Below are positions 22,612 to 26,860 of a stretch of 26,860 bases of DNA, piece after piece. This DNA is from Trichoplax sp. H2 (lineage: Eukaryota): assembly GCA_003344405.1 (NCBI GenBank), contig NOWV01000253.1, positions 62,001 through 88,860 on the forward strand, in the 5' to 3' direction. A program made the translations under genes and the position numbers. Position 1 is the first letter of the stretch; each line of letters begins with the position of its first letter. Under the pieces are notes generated by a model that saw nothing but the letters and a program-made list of their open reading frames with translations, ran no database searches and had not been told where the DNA came from.

Positions 22612-23857
22612 GGTACTTTTAGAATCCCTAGTAACTCATGCGGTTATAGTTTATAGTCTATGCGTATTGAATTTCTGTGATAGCTGTGAACTGTGAAGTT
22701 ACATTTAGCATAACGCACATATATTATATCCACTATAGCGTAGATTAATTGTATATTATGATTATCAGCATTATGACAATTACAAACCACTAACAATAAT
22801 GCAGTTTAATAATCAAATTGAATATTTTATTTAATTGTAGTATAGCTTGTTTTAAAATCTTGCTAAATAGGGAATAAAACTGCTAGTTTTGACTTACGAA
22901 TCATTGCAATCAGAACTTGTGATAGGTGTATTGTCTACATAGTGCAATATAGGCATACACTATGTGATCGATAACATAGACTAGTATAGAGAAGCAAGAG
23001 GTTCCGGATGAACCAGGCAATAGATAATATGAAGATGTATTTTTCAGTGCTAATGTTGGAGAATATCATTATAATCGTTGGTAAAAAGCTGTTATATTGA
23101 TGTTAAGATATCGAGATTGGAGATTATTTTTTGATGCTACTTATATTTACATTCGCACAATAAAAGTGTAATAATCTCAAGACAATATGTGTAAATAATC
23201 TAAAATTAAGTTATAGCACAATGTTGAGCCTAATACGATTTTATACTACTTCCAGAATAATTTATAACTTTTATCAATTTGCAAAGAGGAGTAAAAGTAA
23301 AATTTTCTAAGAGTGAGTTGGAAGTTATTTTAGCCGTTTAAAAATTTATCTATTGTAATAAACTGTGATCACTGTTGAACAATTTAACAAAGTGTAAAAC
23401 TTGAAATTTAAAAACGATGTATAATTTAAATATCTAAATCATTCATTTTCGCAGTGTAAACGAGCACCTGCAAAGAAATACACATCTTGGCAACATAGTC
23501 TACTAGACATATAGAAAGTGAAATCTTGAAAATACAGAATACATGATACCGCTTTGCAAAACTTGTAGATACTTACATAAATGTTGCCAAAACTGGTAGA
23601 GCAGTGCGTGTTAACATGTATCATTTACTATACGATTTATTAAAACAAATCCTTACGCATCTACTCATATGTTAATTGTAACATATCACACACTGTAACG
23701 CAGAATAAAAAATCCAGCAATCAGAATTATTCAAACAAAATGCATACACTATATTATAAAAATTTCAGTTCGTAACCTACTTTAGCTACAATGGCACAAA
23801 TAAAAACTTTGTCTTTTTTATTATTGCGGATTTTATGCCTATTAGCTTAGATAAACG

Positions 23858-25622
23858 CTACTGAATCTGTCCATAAGGACCGTCTCCGTATATTCCTAAG
23901 TATCTCATCAGAAGCGGTGAGATATAGGTTACGGTAAAACCAATGATGCCATAATTAATAAATCTGTAAGGTAGTTCAACTGCAGCTCTCTTGCTCGGTT
24001 CTACTTCAGATTTGGGTAAGATCAATGGAAGAATTGTGAATATGATACTTTTCATAACAGCTCGTAAAGGTACAATAATAATAACAACAAACGTCCATCT
24101 TAAAATGGCCATAGCTATGGAGTCAAGTGTTGGTATGCTAATAGGACGTGGAAATTGAAAGCCTTCCTCTGGTAGTCTCCCCAATGTGCGACACTGCAGC
24201 CACAAACCTATACAAGCTCCAACAGAACCGGATAAAATCATTGTAGTATCGCCACGAGTGCTTGTCCAACGATCTTTTGGAGCCGGATATAATAATACTA
24301 AGATTATAGATACTATTAATATAACTACAGGCGAGTACGGAGATGATAATATCCACACATCCAAATCATTCATTAATAAAGATCCAGTTATTACAATCGG
24401 CAATGTCATCAGGACACCAACAATAACTTGCTGTATTACCGTATGGCAAAGGAATACAGAAGATATCAAGTTAGAGAATGATTAGCAGATCTATGATCTT
24501 GCTATTCTTGTTATACTACTATGACATAACCTACAATAAATAGCATCGAAGGATGCAGGTAGCAACGTAACAATACTGTATATATGATAAGTCTATGTAT
24601 TGTAAGAGGATGTAATTGGCTATACTTAAGTATACACATTAATATCTCTACATAATTACACAAAATTATGGTATTCTTGATGCTTTTCTACAAGTATAGA
24701 TGCTAATAAACCATACGAATTTACGAATACTAACCCACAAGTCATGCATCCCTAGGTATAATCTTGATAAGCAAACAAGAATCGTCCAAGAACAGGCAAT
24801 CGTAATACCTAACCATTTCGGATACTATCAGAGTAATTAAACAGTTCCATGTTAATTATAAAATGTCTGCGTTGCATCCATCATAGAAAAGCGTACTGGG
24901 AGCTGTGCTCAGATAATCGTAACTTATGAATATGCGAGCTTTGCTGGTTGCTGCAGTATACATTCGTAAGAGTACATAGTTCTTAATTAAACAATAATAC
25001 AGAACGTGTATACTGTAAAGAGTGTAAGTTACGGGCAGACTCTGAAGTAATATCTAATTTCATAATATGCATATGGAATGCATACCTCGTAACGCAGGTA
25101 AGTGCTATAGAATAATGCAAACGGCATCGCTGTTCCCATCATAGCATGGGTGGAAGGCATACCATATTCAGTGTCATAGCGAGATTCTAATCTGGCAACT
25201 GGAGGAGATGGAGGTCTAGGTTGTTTGATGATGTCTTTGGCAGCCTGTCCAATGTACATAACAAGGCACCAATAATAGCAACCTTGTCGAAATGCACACT
25301 GATCGATATTAAATAACAGGAAAGGGAAAACAATGACGTAGAAGCCTTCATTACATAAAAACGCTCCAGCGTGGAATAGCGCGTGAAGGAATCTATTGGT
25401 AATCAGATAATTTATGACGGATGGATCATCTTGCCTACTTTTCAGCTTTTTCGCAGGATTATTACCGTGGCGCCGCTTTTTGGGATAGTTGCTTGAAGAC
25501 TCATCCGAGGTGCAATTACCAATCGAATCGTTAGACGAGTTAGATAAAACCTGAACGCCACATAGTTTTTGAAAATCGACTACGAGAGTAGGATTACTAA
25601 AGAAAGTGGCTACGCTATTCAT
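23858..25622 (-). CDS. SGPP1: Sphingosine-1-phosphate phosphatase (SGPP1/2 homolog, PAP2 superfamily), 399 aa
   Basis: Exons 25622-25086, 24824-24735, 24430-23858 (1200 nt, both introns phase 0). Motifs: NPTLVVDFQKLCGV, NEGFY, MYIGQAAKDIIKQPRP (C1), EYGMPSTHAM (C2), SRLYLGMH (C3), WTSTRGDT, VELPYRFINYG. Multiple TM segments. Confidence 0.95.
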
Positions 25623-25726
25623 TTCTAAACTTCAATTAAAACTGATTCGAATAGTTATTTCAATCTCAAACTTGTATAATACTGTGCATCCACTAGTTGA
25701 GTCGAATTTCAGATCGCGGATGCTTC

Positions 25727-26121
25727 TACTGTACCCCACTTTTTAAGTAATCGTATAGTACTGTACTGTATTTAGTAATTTATTTATTTACTATATACTT
25801 GATTGCTGTCGCAGCAAAGGAGGAACATTGAGAAGCTGGCGTATGTATGAAGGCTGTAAGATTAACGTCACGAGGGTGGACTGGACTTGACAGGACACAT
25901 ACGGTACCGTACTAGGCTCTGTACTGTACACATATTACACCATAACAAGTACAGCAGTGGCGTTGCTGATTGCCAATGCCTACTGCACGCTATTCTGTCC
26001 AGTGTGCAGGTCAAAGTCTCGATGTCTTGACCAGCAGACATATACCCACAGTCCCACATGCACTTTCAATCAACACAAGGTTGCTCTACGCATGTGAAGA
26101 ACAATACAGTACAGTACAGTA
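25727..26121. repeat. Scattered TACTGTA/TACAGTA units upstream of SGPP
   Basis: TACTGTAC at 25727, TACTGTACTGTA at 25759-25770, TACTGTAC at 25922, TACAGTACAGTACAGTA at 26105-26121, in a locally GC-richer region 5' of the SGPP ATG. Confidence 0.7.
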
Positions 26122-26166
26122 GAAGACGTATTGCTGTACCCTCTGTAAAAAAATCTAAATTGATAC

Positions 26167-26178
26167 TGCGCATGCGGG
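26167..26178. promoter_or_regulatory. NRF1-like motif TGCGCATGCGGG
   Basis: Matches the first 10 nt of the NRF1 palindromic consensus TGCGCATGCGCA. It stands out in AT-rich DNA and sits beside a TACAGTA run about 550 bp upstream of the SGPP ATG. Confidence 0.45.
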
Positions 26179-26860
26179 CGTAAATTGTTGAGGGAATTTC
26201 AAAGACCGATTATCCGGTTTATCTTAGCCGTTTTCGACTGTTTATATGAGGAGTAAAATTCGAAATCGGAAAAAATACTCCAATAGCGTTTTGATCATAT
26301 ACCAGTCTAATCCACTGGGTCAATTGGTCGAACAAATCTCTATCATCGACAGTCAGTTGATATAAGCCATTAGTAAGGTAGTAAATCGAACAATCTTGTC
26401 TCATTACTGCTAGACTAAGGCTATGTGACTGTAATCTATACAATTGCTGTAAGATCATTGCGATCGAACACAACTGTATGCATCAATCGCGATGCAAATC
26501 GCTTACGATGTGGTTGTATGTGATAGGCAATGCCAATCTATACAAACCTAGCAAATTGAAACCTTGTGTTTCATCAAATACTGTGTATGCACTATGACTC
26601 TTCAACATTGATTTTATCAATCGATTGAAAAACTTCATGGGCTACCAGTAAGGAGAAGTGTCAAAGATGTGGCAAATAAAATAGGTATTTCTTACTTCAT
26701 TCCCGTGACGGAAATGTCAAGTGAGATTAGATACCTTGATACAAATTGTTGTAGCACTATGAGCTATCATTGTATTTTGATAGTTCAACAGAGTAATTTA
26801 TAGTTCAATTGTGCAAGATTGTGCTTATTTTAAGTACTTGATTGTGAATTGAGTATAATT

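Noticed and set aside
24138..24485. ORFs 24138-24356(-) and 24186-24485(+)
   Set aside because: They are alternative-frame and antisense shadows of SGPP exon 3.
25868..26059. 63-aa minus-strand ORF upstream of SGPP
   Set aside because: It has no homology cues and lies in the GC-richer promoter-like region where stop codons are rarer. The SGPP N-terminus is already complete at 25622.

Overview
This is AT-rich (roughly one-third GC by eye), gene-dense eukaryotic DNA with many short GT-AG introns. It is clearly an animal-type nuclear genome. Compactness, composition and intron conservation suggest a basal metazoan such as a placozoan, but that is inference. I assembled four spliced genes by hand. 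(1) The 5' part of ATM kinase on the minus strand: 34 exons, about 1394 codons, from 9730 off the left edge. (2) A divergent UPF0764/C16orf89 (DUF4735)-like gene on the minus strand (12137-15691, 397 aa) with a signal peptide, an extra C-terminal transmembrane helix and a ...KKRKYDEL tail. (3) YIF1 on the plus strand (19476-22143). (4) A sphingosine-1-phosphate phosphatase (SGPP) on the minus strand (23858-25622). The most striking non-coding signals are palindromic TACTGTA/TACAGTA clusters concentrated at gene 5' ends, and a tandemly duplicated TA-flanked fold-back (MITE-like) element with 38-bp terminal inverted repeats in the probable bidirectional promoter between YIF1 and the DUF4735 gene. 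Family assignments come from recalled motif similarity, not database searches. No prokaryotic-type system, CRISPR array, rRNA or tRNA was seen.
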